Below, one piece after another: positions 1 through 9,456 of a DNA stretch of 64,000 nucleotides. The number at the start of each line of letters is the position of its first letter. Positions within the stretch are counted from its first letter, which is position 1. The notes below the pieces were generated by a model that searched no databases, was not told the DNA's origin, and was given only the letters and a program-made list of their open reading frames with translations. Made by a program: the position numbers and the translations under genes. Source of the DNA: Candidatus Poribacteria bacterium (GTDB lineage: Bacteria; Poribacteria; WGA-4E; B28-G17); assembly GCA_021162805.1 (NCBI GenBank), contig JAGGXZ010000185.1, positions 3,064-67,063 on the forward strand, in the 5' to 3' direction.

Positions 1-2
1 AG

Positions 3-941
3 ATGGTGAGGTACCTGGCATCGCTCAGGCCCTCATATGCCCTGGTGGGGGCAGGGCTGGCCTTTCTGATGTGGTGTTCGTCGGCGATGAAATTTCATCT
101 TCTGCTCAAAGGCGTTGGGGAAAGGGTGAGTTTCTGGAGATCCTTCCAAGCTTTCATGGCTAATCTGTTTATGGGAGCTATAACCCCATCCCAAACTGGA
201 GGGGGGCTCGCTCAGATATATCTTTTGACCAGAGCGGGCGTTCCGGCGGGGAAAGCCTTTATAGCTTGTACTACGGGGGCGGGTTTCACGATATTGGCTC
301 TTTTCAGCTCGGCGGTCATCATACTTATATTAAACCACGGATTTATCTTTCAACTTGGATATCTCCTGAGGGCCTCCCTCATATTCGCCACCTTGCTCTT
401 CGTTTTCTTCCTGTCTCTCTTCGCTTTGGCGATAGTGCGGATGAGATTCTTCAAGAGGCTGGTCGGATGTGCCTTCCTGGCGGTCGGTAAGGCGTTCAGG
501 TTGAAACACAAGATAACCTATACGAAGAAGATGTTGAGAACGCTGGAGCTGTTTTCGGAGAGCATAAAGATCTATTCCACCACACACGCCCACTTGACCC
601 TCCTGGCCGCCCTATTCAGCTATATATCCCTGGGAATTTACTGTCTGATGGCCAGTGTGATCCTATCGGGACTCGGTCTCAACCACTCGATCCTAAACGT
701 CGTGCTGATCCAGATGCTTCTCAGCTTTATAGCCTATTTCAGTCCTAGCCCCGGAGCGAGCGGGGTGGCCGAAGGGGGCAGTTATCTGCTGATGTCGAGC
801 ATCATCCCGAACTCGGCCATGAGGGGGGCGTATACGCTTTTGTGGCGTTTCTTCACGAATTACATGGGAGTTACCGTAGGCGGATTGCTTTTCATGTATG
901 CCCTCAACTCCGGCAAGAAACGCTTTCAAAAGCCGAGGTAA
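3..941 (+). CDS. Lysylphosphatidylglycerol synthase TM / flippase-like membrane protein (UPF0104/YbhN-like), probably 5'-truncated by the window edge
   Basis: Multi-TM ORF with family motifs 'ITPSQTGG', 'SPSPGASGVAEG' and 'LLWRFFTNY'. Confidence 0.8.
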   Translation: MVRYLASLRPSYALVGAGLAFLMWCSSAMKFHLLLKGVGERVSFWRSFQAFMANLFMGAITPSQTGGGLAQIYLLTRAGVPAGKAFIACTTGAGFTILALFSSAVIILILNHGFIFQLGYLLRASLIFATLLFVFFLSLFALAIVRMRFFKRLVGCAFLAVGKAFRLKHKITYTKKMLRTLELFSESIKIYSTTHAHLTLLAALFSYISLGIYCLMASVILSGLGLNHSILNVVLIQMLLSFIAYFSPSPGASGVAEGGSYLLMSSIIPNSAMRGAYTLLWRFFTNYMGVTVGGLLFMYALNSGKKRFQKPR

Positions 942-1630
942 AACGGATCTCTGGTGTATTCCGCCAGATCCTCCATCTGTTTTTGCGTGCCGATGACGAT
1001 CAACACGTCGCCCAACTTGAATTTTCTGTTGGGAGCAGGGTTATATATGAACTGTTTCGTCTCCCCATCTCGTATGGCTACGATCGTCATGCCGACTTTT
1101 ACGGGGATGTTCACCTCCGATAGGGCCTTGCCGATAAGCGGTGAACCCCGATGGATGGTGGTCTCCGAGAACCTTGTCACGGTTTGGAGCCTGAGCATCT
1201 CATCGAGGAAGCTTATAACGCCTGGCATGAACAGAAAGGAGACCACGCGGCTGACGCCTATCTCCTCCGGAATTATCACCGCATCGGCGCCTGCCCTGAT
1301 AAGCTTGGGTTTGCTGGTCTCCTCAACCGCCTTGGAGACGACCATAAGATCGGGGTTGAGGCTCTTCGCCGTGATGACCAGAAAGAGATTGTCCCTATCG
1401 GCGGAGAGGGCAGCGCATAGCCCTCTGGCGTTTCCGATCTCCGCCTCATGTAGGACATCTTCGTCCGTGGCATCTCCTTCGATGTAGCGAAACTCGCGCG
1501 TCTCAAGGAGCTGTTTCAACCTCTCCCCGTTATATTCTATCACGATGAACTCCATCCCCATCTGGATAAGCTCGTCTATCACGTAGATCCCCGTATCCCC
1601 TGCTCCGCAGACGATGAAGTGGTTTTTCAT
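926..1630 (-). CDS. Stand-alone RCK (TrkA-N + TrkA-C) potassium-channel gating protein
   Basis: 'HFIVCGAGDTG' Rossmann motif, 'GDATDEDVL', C-terminal 'NPAPNRKFKLGDVLIVIG'; ATG at 1630 overlaps the channel stop. Confidence 0.85.
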   Translation of the reverse strand: MKNHFIVCGAGDTGIYVIDELIQMGMEFIVIEYNGERLKQLLETREFRYIEGDATDEDVLHEAEIGNARGLCAALSADRDNLFLVITAKSLNPDLMVVSKAVEETSKPKLIRAGADAVIIPEEIGVSRVVSFLFMPGVISFLDEMLRLQTVTRFSETTIHRGSPLIGKALSEVNIPVKVGMTIVAIRDGETKQFIYNPAPNRKFKLGDVLIVIGTQKQMEDLAEYTRDPFYLGF

Positions 1631-2655
1631 GAGAACCACCTCGAGACAAGCTCCGTATCGCCTATGATCTTCCCCAATTTCGATATCTGACCCTTTGATC
1701 CTATAACCACAAGCCCATCGCCAGGGAGAAGCGTGAAATCGGGTGATGGATTATATATAATCTCTTTGCCCCTCCTGATGGCGAAGACGGTAAGTCCCGT
1801 CTCGGATCTGATCCGCGTTTCCCTCAGCGATTTTCCAATCATGGGGGATCCATCGGGCAGCTTCGCCTCCACCATCTTATAAACGGGATCCGCCCTTATC
1901 CCATCCAGGAATTCCACAACGTTAGGTCTGATCAGGATCGAGGCTATCTTGAGCCCTCCCAGGTAATCAGGGATGATCACGTAATCGGCTCCTGATTTAC
2001 GTATCTTGGCGATGGATTTCGACTCCACAGCCTTCGAGACGATGGTGAGTTTCGGATTGAGCGTTCTGGCCGAAAGGGTCACGAAAAGGTTATCTCTGTC
2101 ATCGGAAAGGATGGATATAAGCGCTTTGGCTCTTCCGATCCCCGCCATATGCAACACCTCATCGTCTGAAGCGTTTCCCGCTATGTAAAGGAAAGACCTC
2201 ACCCTCAAAAGCCCTTTGATTCTTTCTTCGTTTTTGTCTATCACGACGAATGGGACTTTCCTAGAAGAGAGGGAATCGATCACGTGCACTCCCGTGCCGC
2301 CGGCCCCGCAAACTATATAATGGTCCTTGAGCTTTGAGATCTCCCTCACCATTCTACGCCGTCTCAGCACATCGCTGAGATGTCCCTCAACCACGAATCC
2401 GACCAGCGAGCTGGCACCAAATGCGAAGATACCTATTCCGGTTATTATCAGGGTAATGGTGAAGATCTTAGCAGACGTCGATTCTGAGAAGATTCCATAA
2501 TCGGAATATCCGACGGTGGTCAGCGTGATAGCGGTCATATAAAGGGATTTGAGCCAAGACCAATCCGGCATGATCAGCTTATATCCCACCGATCCTATGA
2601 AGAACTCGAGCAGGATCATCAGCCCGGTTATCACCAGATTTCTGTAGGACTGCAT
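1627..2655 (-). CDS. Kch/MthK-type potassium channel (2TM pore + RCK)
   Basis: TM1, pore helix 'SLYMTAITLTTVGYSD', TM2, then TrkA-N and TrkA-C domains. Confidence 0.88.
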   Translation of the reverse strand: MQSYRNLVITGLMILLEFFIGSVGYKLIMPDWSWLKSLYMTAITLTTVGYSDYGIFSESTSAKIFTITLIITGIGIFAFGASSLVGFVVEGHLSDVLRRRRMVREISKLKDHYIVCGAGGTGVHVIDSLSSRKVPFVVIDKNEERIKGLLRVRSFLYIAGNASDDEVLHMAGIGRAKALISILSDDRDNLFVTLSARTLNPKLTIVSKAVESKSIAKIRKSGADYVIIPDYLGGLKIASILIRPNVVEFLDGIRADPVYKMVEAKLPDGSPMIGKSLRETRIRSETGLTVFAIRRGKEIIYNPSPDFTLLPGDGLVVIGSKGQISKLGKIIGDTELVSRWFS

Positions 2656-2659
2656 ATGC

Positions 2660-4006
2660 CTATTCCCTCTTTTTGATCCCGTATCTCTTCATCTTTCTCC
2701 AGAGGGTCGGTCTGCTGATGCCCAGGATATTCGCGGCCTCGCCTATACGCCATCCCGTTTCCTCCAAAACTCTGATGATAACGGCTCTCTCGGCAGCCTC
2801 AAGGGGGTTCTCCCCTGGCTGCAGGTTGAAAAAGGGGGCTATTCCGGGGAACGAATCGCCTTTTCTGATCTCCAAGGGAAGGTGCTCCGGCATTATGAGA
2901 TCCCCGCGGCAGTGGACGAAGGCATGTTCGATGGCGTTCTCAAGCTCCCTCACGTTACCAGGCCAGTTATAGCGCAGGATCAGATCCATCGCCTGTTGTG
3001 ATATCCCCTCGATCTGTTTGCCGAACTCTCCATTAAACCTGTCGATGAAGAACCTCACCAGCAGCGGTATATCCTCGCGTCTTTCTCTAAGAGGGGGCAC
3101 TTCGATGGAGATCACGTTCAGCCGATAGAAGAGATCCTCCCTGAACCTACCCGCTTTCACCTCCTCGCGCAGATCTTTATTCGTCGCGGCGATGATGCGC
3201 ACATCTACCTTTATGGTCTTTGTTCCTCCGATCCTCTCGAACTCCTTATCCTCTATGGCGCGCAGAAGCTTTGCCTGGACGTGGGTGGGTATCTCGGTTA
3301 TCTCGTCGAGAAATATCGTGCCTCCATCTGCCAGCTCAAACCTGCCGGGTTTATCCGCCACCGCCCCCGTGAATGCCCCTTTAACATGTCCGAAGAGCTC
3401 GCTCTCCAGCAACGGCTCCGGCAAAGCTGCGCAGTTGACGGTCACAAACGGACCATCTGCCCGATGGCTGTTGAGATGGATCGCCCGGGCGATCACACCC
3501 TTCCCCGTTCCGGTCTCGCCCTGGATCAGAACTGTCACATCGTTTTCGGCGAGCATCTCTATCTGTTCGAATATCTCCTGCATCCTACGGGATTTGCCTA
3601 TGAGCTGGCCGAACTGATACCTCTCCTGAAGCTCCATCTCCAGCCATTTGAGCTGCGATATATCCCTGAACGTCTCCACCGCCCCCATAATACCTCCATC
3701 GTCGTCTATGAGTATTGAGGCGCTCACGCTGACCGGTATCTGGATCCCATCCTTTCGGGTGATAATCACCTCATAGTTGGTCACCGGCTCTCCCGTTTCA
3801 AGCGCCCGACGTATCGCACAGTCATAATCGCATACGTTGGTTCTGAACACCTCCCTGCACACCCTGCCTATGGCCTCCTCGGCTGAAAATCCGGTTATCC
3901 TTTCGGCGGCCTTATTGAAAAGCTCTATCCGCCAATCGGTGTTTATGGTGAAAACGCCATCGGCTATATTGTCGAGTATCAGCTCGAACTTTCTCCTGTC
4001 ATCCAT
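2660..4006 (-). CDS. PAS-domain sigma54-dependent transcriptional activator (bEBP)
   Basis: N-terminal PAS with C-X8-C-X3-C, Walker A 'GETGTGK', '[15 protein letters not shown]', 'WPGNVREL', Fis-type HTH. Confidence 0.92.
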   Translation of the reverse strand: MDDRRKFELILDNIADGVFTINTDWRIELFNKAAERITGFSAEEAIGRVCREVFRTNVCDYDCAIRRALETGEPVTNYEVIITRKDGIQIPVSVSASILIDDDGGIMGAVETFRDISQLKWLEMELQERYQFGQLIGKSRRMQEIFEQIEMLAENDVTVLIQGETGTGKGVIARAIHLNSHRADGPFVTVNCAALPEPLLESELFGHVKGAFTGAVADKPGRFELADGGTIFLDEITEIPTHVQAKLLRAIEDKEFERIGGTKTIKVDVRIIAATNKDLREEVKAGRFREDLFYRLNVISIEVPPLRERREDIPLLVRFFIDRFNGEFGKQIEGISQQAMDLILRYNWPGNVRELENAIEHAFVHCRGDLIMPEHLPLEIRKGDSFPGIAPFFNLQPGENPLEAAERAVIIRVLEETGWRIGEAANILGISRPTLWRKMKRYGIKKRE

Positions 4007-4104
4007 CGGCTTTTTCTCCCCAAGGGGGAAATTAGGCTTGAATTCCCCTTATATCTATGATATCATCAATTTTAAGCCCGATGCAACTGTCAAAACTGTG
4101 ATAT

Positions 4105-4185
4105 GGTCATTTGTGGTCATTGGGTCATTTGGCTTCGCCGTCATTTCGAATGACTACAAATGACTATAAATGACAACAAATAACC
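4105..4185. repeat. Inverted short-tandem-repeat array (GTCATT x4 / AATGAC x3)
   Basis: GGTCATTT-type units face AAATGAC units of 10-nt period around a TTCGAA centre. Confidence 0.85.
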
Positions 4186-4206
4186 ATCCGCCGAAGGAGG
4201 AGGAAA

Positions 4207-4821
4207 ATGAACAAGGTAGTGGTATTCACGGCGATGTTGTTTCTCGCCGTTCTTTCGGCCATGGCAGCTCAGGGACCGGAGTGGACATTTGACGGGCCTG
4301 ATGCCGCCCAGGAGCTGAAGAACTGGGTGGACCTCAATCAGCTTGAGCCTTTGAAGATCGAAACGGTGAAGGATCAGGACGGCCTGGATCGCAAGGTGCT
4401 CATAACCAAATCGCTTGGGGGAGACCCCTATATGTTCCCAGGCGGCGGATGGAACCAGGCCGACTACGATTCCTTTAGCGGCAAAGAGCATCCCGTGCTT
4501 TACCTCGGCGTGAGGGTCAATACGCCCAATAGGTGGCAGATCTATTGGGTGTCAAAGGAGGACGGAAACTGGAGCGAGGCGCAACATCAGGATTTCGACG
4601 TCAACGCCGTGGATGAGTTCCAGGACATCGAGGTCGAGATAACGGCGGGCGATTGGCAGAAGAAGACCATACTCAGATTCAGGATAGATCCTGGAACCTC
4701 CGCTGGAGTGGAGGCTGAGATAGACTATATCTCCTTTAACGGTCCCATATCGACGGGGAAACCCGGCGCCGTTGATCCTAAAGATAAACTGGCAACCACA
4801 TGGGCCAGGATTAAAAGATGA
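4207..4821 (+). CDS. Secreted beta-sandwich (CBM-like) protein with C-terminal KLATTWARIK motif
   Basis: SD GGAGGA, signal peptide, 'LRFRIDP...EIDYI', ends 'AVDPKDKLATTWARIKR'. Confidence 0.75.
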   Translation: MNKVVVFTAMLFLAVLSAMAAQGPEWTFDGPDAAQELKNWVDLNQLEPLKIETVKDQDGLDRKVLITKSLGGDPYMFPGGGWNQADYDSFSGKEHPVLYLGVRVNTPNRWQIYWVSKEDGNWSEAQHQDFDVNAVDEFQDIEVEITAGDWQKKTILRFRIDPGTSAGVEAEIDYISFNGPISTGKPGAVDPKDKLATTWARIKR

Positions 4822-4855
4822 CGGGGGAACAAGGTGAGATCTCACCTTGTCCCGT
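4821..4855. terminator. Perfect 22-bp palindrome after the stop codon (terminator-like or repeat-derived hairpin)
   Basis: ACAAGGTGAGATCTCACCTTGT at 4829-4850, extended by ACGGG/CCCGT; no U-tract. Confidence 0.5.
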
Positions 4856-4908
4856 TGGAACGCAATGACCCGATGAACGCAATAACGTATTCCCGGAAGG
4901 TGCTGGAC

Positions 4909-5373
4909 ATGCCTAAAGCCTTGATCGTATACTACTCCAGAACCGGTCATACGAAAAAGATGGCGGAGATGATAGCAGAGGGCCTGCGCGATGAGGGAAT
5001 CGAGGTGGCCTGTAAAAGCGTTGAGGAGGCGTCGGTGGATGAGATCAAGGATTACGATGGTTTGATCGTCGGATCGCCCACCTACTACGGCACGATGGCG
5101 GCTGAGATCAAGAAGTTCCTGGACGAGTCGGTTAAGTTCCACGGCAGATTAGACGGCATGGTCGGCGGAGCCTTCGCCACGGCAGCGGTAACGGGACATG
5201 AGACAACCGTCATCAGCATCCTCGAGGCTCTTTTGATACACGGCATGATCATACAGGGCGATCCCAGCGGCCACCACTATGGACCCACTGCCGTCGGGAA
5301 GGTGGAGGGATCGGAGAAAGAGTGTAGGCGATTCGCCAGAAGGTTCGCCGAACTACTCAGGAGGCTCTCCTGA
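4909..5373 (+). CDS. Flavodoxin / WrbA-like NAD(P)H-dependent oxidoreductase
   Basis: 'YYSRTGHT', 'GSPTYYG' FMN-binding motifs; start moved to ATG 4909. Confidence 0.85.
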   Translation: MPKALIVYYSRTGHTKKMAEMIAEGLRDEGIEVACKSVEEASVDEIKDYDGLIVGSPTYYGTMAAEIKKFLDESVKFHGRLDGMVGGAFATAAVTGHETTVISILEALLIHGMIIQGDPSGHHYGPTAVGKVEGSEKECRRFARRFAELLRRLS

Positions 5374-5393
5374 TCTGAGAGCGGGGGTGCGCC

Positions 5394-6758
5394 GTGATCA
5401 ACATAAGCGGGGTCATCTCCCCGCTCTCAGTCAAGGCCGATCTGCTGCCCGCCCGAAGCGAATGCGGAATAGGGGCTCTCATGCCATGGGCCGGCAGGCT
5501 CTGGATGATTACGTACGTCTCACACAAATCAAGCAGCGGTTCCGGAACGGGACTTTATGAGATAGACGAGAGCTTCACCCTGAGAAAGCGACCTGAAAGC
5601 GTGGTCGGCACCTACGCCAACCGCATGATCCATCCCCAATCCAGCCAACTTATAATCGGACCACACATCATAGATGTCGACGGCAACGTCCGAACGATCG
5701 AAGATATCAAGGAACACCGCCTCACGGCGACCATGGAGCATCTGGAAGATCCGGAGAACAAAGTCTACTTCCTGACGATGGAAGGGCTGATGTTGGAGGT
5801 CGATCTAAACACGCTGCGGGCGAGGGAGCTCTTCGATCTGACGAAGGAACTTGAGATACCCGAAAATGCTAAGCCCCATTTTAAGGGAGGATACACGGGG
5901 AGCGGCAGGGTGGTCGTGGCCAATAACACATACGATGAGCCGGACTTCCTGGGCGAACGTGAGGCGGGACGTCTGGCGGAATGGGATGGTAAGGTGTGGA
6001 GGATCATCGAGAGAAAACCCTTCAACGAGGTAACGGGTCGGCGGAATATGGGTCAGGTGATCTTCGCCACGGGATGGGACAAAGCGTCGGCTATCCTGAA
6101 GGTCTTCGCAAAAGGGAGGTGGCAAACCTATCGTCTGCCGAAGGCCAGCCATTGTTTCGACCATTACTGGCAGACCGAGTGGCCGCGGATTCGGGAGGTC
6201 GAAAGCGAGAGATATCTGATGGATTGTCACGGCATGTTCTACGAGCTCTCCCCCGTGGCGTATGACGGTAAGATATGGGGGATTAGACCCATTTCGACCC
6301 ATCTGCGTATCATCCCGGATTTCTGCTCGTGGAGGGGATTCCTTGTGTTGGGCGGAAACCAGGTAACCCCCATCGGAGACGCCAATCTCCTGGCGGGCGA
6401 GCCTCAGGCCAATCTCTGGTTCGGTAAGACCGACGATCTGTGGCAGTTCGGAAAACCTAAAGGCTGGGGAGGGGTGTGGTGGCAGGATCAAGTATCAGCT
6501 TGGGAACCGTCCGATCCATATCTGATGATGGGATTCGAGGGAAAGGTGTTACATCTGTGGCACGATAACGATCGTCCCGTGGAGTTCACCGTGGAGGTTG
6601 ATCCGCTGGGGAATCAGAGCTGGAAGGTTTACGATGTGTTCCGCGTTCCGCCCGGTGGATACCTACACCATGAGCTTCCGATGGGTTTCAGCGCCCATTG
6701 GGTGAGAGTCAGAACGGATACCACCTGTAAAGCCACGGCTTATTTCATTTACACGTAA
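5394..6758 (+). CDS. Hypothetical protein (454 aa, Trp/Gly-rich, beta-rich)
   Basis: Long ORF with host codon usage; no motif recognised. Confidence 0.7.
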   Translation: MINISGVISPLSVKADLLPARSECGIGALMPWAGRLWMITYVSHKSSSGSGTGLYEIDESFTLRKRPESVVGTYANRMIHPQSSQLIIGPHIIDVDGNVRTIEDIKEHRLTATMEHLEDPENKVYFLTMEGLMLEVDLNTLRARELFDLTKELEIPENAKPHFKGGYTGSGRVVVANNTYDEPDFLGEREAGRLAEWDGKVWRIIERKPFNEVTGRRNMGQVIFATGWDKASAILKVFAKGRWQTYRLPKASHCFDHYWQTEWPRIREVESERYLMDCHGMFYELSPVAYDGKIWGIRPISTHLRIIPDFCSWRGFLVLGGNQVTPIGDANLLAGEPQANLWFGKTDDLWQFGKPKGWGGVWWQDQVSAWEPSDPYLMMGFEGKVLHLWHDNDRPVEFTVEVDPLGNQSWKVYDVFRVPPGGYLHHELPMGFSAHWVRVRTDTTCKATAYFIYT

Positions 6759-6786
6759 TTCCCTGTCTTAGAATGGGGTTTACACA

Positions 6787-7911
6787 TTGAATGAGGACCA
6801 TCTCAACAGATTAAGAAGCATGGCCGAGAAATACGGCGACTTATTGGCAAAGCAAAAGGGTGTATTGGGCGTTGTTATCTCAGGGAGTTTAGCGAGGGGA
6901 GACGTTTGGGAAGGAAGTGATGTGGATCTACATGTTTTATGGAGATCTAAGGGATGTTTCTCCTCCGTGGGTGGGTTTTTGGAAGGCGTGTTGATCAATG
7001 TGCATGATGTATGGGTGGATATGATGGAAGCTATCGTAGAAGATATAGATTGCTTCTGTAGGAGCGATCTACCAGATCAGCTTTATGGATGCAGGATCCT
7101 CTATGACCCTTATGGCTTGTGGAATCGATATAAGGCCTTCATTGATTCCAAGCGATTTGACCCGAAAATCATAGCATGTAAGGTGAGCTGTTACGTCGAG
7201 AAAGCAATGAAATTACTTGCTAAGGCTGAGGAATCTTTCAGATTAAAAGATTGGGCGTCCTCTGTATTCTATGCGCAGAGGGCAGCGATCGAAACTGCTT
7301 TCGGTATCACCGTCAAATGTGGAGATTTGATACGGAGTGCTAATCGGTTCCCCGAAAACTTAAAGGCTCTTACGGAGCGAAATGGATTAGAAGAGCTATA
7401 TAAGCTATTCCGGTCGGTTCACGGATTGACAGGACGGATTGAGGAGGTAGAAAAAGTCATAACTGCCTGTGAAATAGCCCCTAAGAAATTCATCGAGGAA
7501 CTCGATAGGATAGGTATCTCAATGGGAACTGCGAGATGTATTTTGGGAGACAAACCTATCGATGAAGCGCTGAGATATAAGGAGATCTCCGAGTTGCTTA
7601 TCAAAAGAAACCTGCGTTCCTGGGTTGCTGTCAAATACGGTTATTATAATGGACAGATCATATGGATGAGAACCAACAGATGGATGGTAATACCATTATG
7701 GGCTTCACGACTCAGGATGATATGCGGGGCTGATCGAATAAACCTGGATTCATCAACCATTGCAGAGGATATGCGCCGATTTCCCAGGGCTTCGGATGTT
7801 TTTTATAACCTCTTCCTCGATTTTCTCTGCCTATCGAACCCAGAATCTAAGCTTGCCTGGGAGCGAATTCACGCTGTATCTGAAATGATCTCATCGCTTA
7901 GTCATTCGTAA
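6787..7911 (+). CDS. Pol-beta-type nucleotidyltransferase with HEPN/KNTase-like helical domain
   Basis: 'SGSLARGD...SDVDL', 'ILYDPYG', then helical 'AEESFRLKDWASSVFYAQRA'; visibly more AT-rich than its neighbours. Confidence 0.7.
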   Translation: MNEDHLNRLRSMAEKYGDLLAKQKGVLGVVISGSLARGDVWEGSDVDLHVLWRSKGCFSSVGGFLEGVLINVHDVWVDMMEAIVEDIDCFCRSDLPDQLYGCRILYDPYGLWNRYKAFIDSKRFDPKIIACKVSCYVEKAMKLLAKAEESFRLKDWASSVFYAQRAAIETAFGITVKCGDLIRSANRFPENLKALTERNGLEELYKLFRSVHGLTGRIEEVEKVITACEIAPKKFIEELDRIGISMGTARCILGDKPIDEALRYKEISELLIKRNLRSWVAVKYGYYNGQIIWMRTNRWMVIPLWASRLRMICGADRINLDSSTIAEDMRRFPRASDVFYNLFLDFLCLSNPESKLAWERIHAVSEMISSLSHS

Positions 7912-7935
7912 TTACATTAAGCAGAGAGGTAAACC

Positions 7936-9405
7936 ATGTCTCAACCAAATGTTCTTCTCATATTCACCGATCAACAACGGGCCGATACCATTCAAGCGGC
8001 TGGAAATCCGATCATAAAGACGCCCCACCTGGATCGTCTGGTCGCCGAAGGGGTGCTTTTCAAAAGCGCCTACACCCCATCGCCCGTATGTGTGTCGGCC
8101 CGATGTTCGCTTATTTACGGCCTCTATCCCCATAACACGGGGTGTTTCGACAACGGTTATCCGATGCCCGATGATAGACCCAGCCTGATGGAGTTGCTCT
8201 CCAGGGCGGGCTATCGGACGCACGGCATCGGCAAGATGCACTTCACACCCGATTCCCACGCCTTACGCGGGTTTCAAACGCGCGAGCATCAGGAGGAGAT
8301 GCGTGCTCGGGTTGAGGATGACGATTACCTGAAGTTCCTCCACGCGAACGGCTTCGATCACGTATACGATCCCTTCGGCCAGAGGGGTGAGATGTACTAC
8401 ATCCCTCAGCCGGCACAGATGCCGGCAAGGCTTCACGGCACCAATTGGGTCGGCGATAGAGCCGTGGAGTTCATCCGCAATGCGGATAGATCCCGACCCT
8501 TCTTCCTCTGGGCGAGCTTCATTCACCCCCATCCACCCTTCTCGCCTCCGACTCCCTGGAACAAGCTGTATCGGGCAGCGCTGATGCCGCTGCCAAAGCG
8601 TCCCGACGGCTTTGAGACGCTTCACACCTACATGAATAGATACCAAAATCGGTACAAATACCGCGATAACGGGATAGATAACAACCTCCTCAGGGTGATG
8701 AAGGCCTACTACTACGCCTGTATCTCCTTCATCGATTTCCAGATAGGAAGGATACTTGAGGCTTTGGAGGAGACAGACCGGCTTGAGAACACCATGATCA
8801 TCTTCACATCGGATCACGGCGAGTTTCTGGGCGATTACAACTGCTTCGGCAAGCGGAGCATGCTAGACGCGGCGGCAAGGGTGCCGATGATCGTTCGATA
8901 TCCGGAGCGGTTCGCCCGAGGATACATCTGCGAAACGCCGACAAGCTTGGTTGATATCATGCCGACCATACTGGCCGCAGCGGGAATAGATCCTAAGGAT
9001 CATAACCTCGACGGGGTGGATCTGGCCGAGGCCGTAGGATACGATGACAGGACGATCTACAGCCAGTACCAGCGGGGCCCCCTAGGCGTCTACATGATCC
9101 TGAACCGACGATGGAAGTACTTCTACTCCGCTCCCGATCGAAGGGAGTTCCTCTTCGATAGAATACACGACCCGGAGGAGACCAGGAACAGGGCGGGGCT
9201 CAGCCTATGTAGGCGGGAGCAGGAGGAGATGAGAGGGGAATTGATCGGATTTTATAAGGAGCAGGGTTATACCGAACCCATAGAGGGCGATCGGTGGAAG
9301 CTGTTCCCACAGCCATCCATACCGGTAAACCCGGACGCCGGGCTTCTAATTCAAGACCCCGGATGGTCGCTGCGATATCAGAGGATACCGGGGTATACGG
9401 ACTAA
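7936..9405 (+). CDS. Sulfatase (choline-sulfatase-like, S1)
   Basis: 'PNVLLIFTDQQR', 'CVSAR', 'GKMH', 'SDHGE', 'GKRSM'. Confidence 0.9.
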   Translation: MSQPNVLLIFTDQQRADTIQAAGNPIIKTPHLDRLVAEGVLFKSAYTPSPVCVSARCSLIYGLYPHNTGCFDNGYPMPDDRPSLMELLSRAGYRTHGIGKMHFTPDSHALRGFQTREHQEEMRARVEDDDYLKFLHANGFDHVYDPFGQRGEMYYIPQPAQMPARLHGTNWVGDRAVEFIRNADRSRPFFLWASFIHPHPPFSPPTPWNKLYRAALMPLPKRPDGFETLHTYMNRYQNRYKYRDNGIDNNLLRVMKAYYYACISFIDFQIGRILEALEETDRLENTMIIFTSDHGEFLGDYNCFGKRSMLDAAARVPMIVRYPERFARGYICETPTSLVDIMPTILAAAGIDPKDHNLDGVDLAEAVGYDDRTIYSQYQRGPLGVYMILNRRWKYFYSAPDRREFLFDRIHDPEETRNRAGLSLCRREQEEMRGELIGFYKEQGYTEPIEGDRWKLFPQPSIPVNPDAGLLIQDPGWSLRYQRIPGYTD

Positions 9406-9456
9406 CCGTCGACGAATGGAGGGTAAATACCGTACAGTATATCGGGTTAGCCGGAG

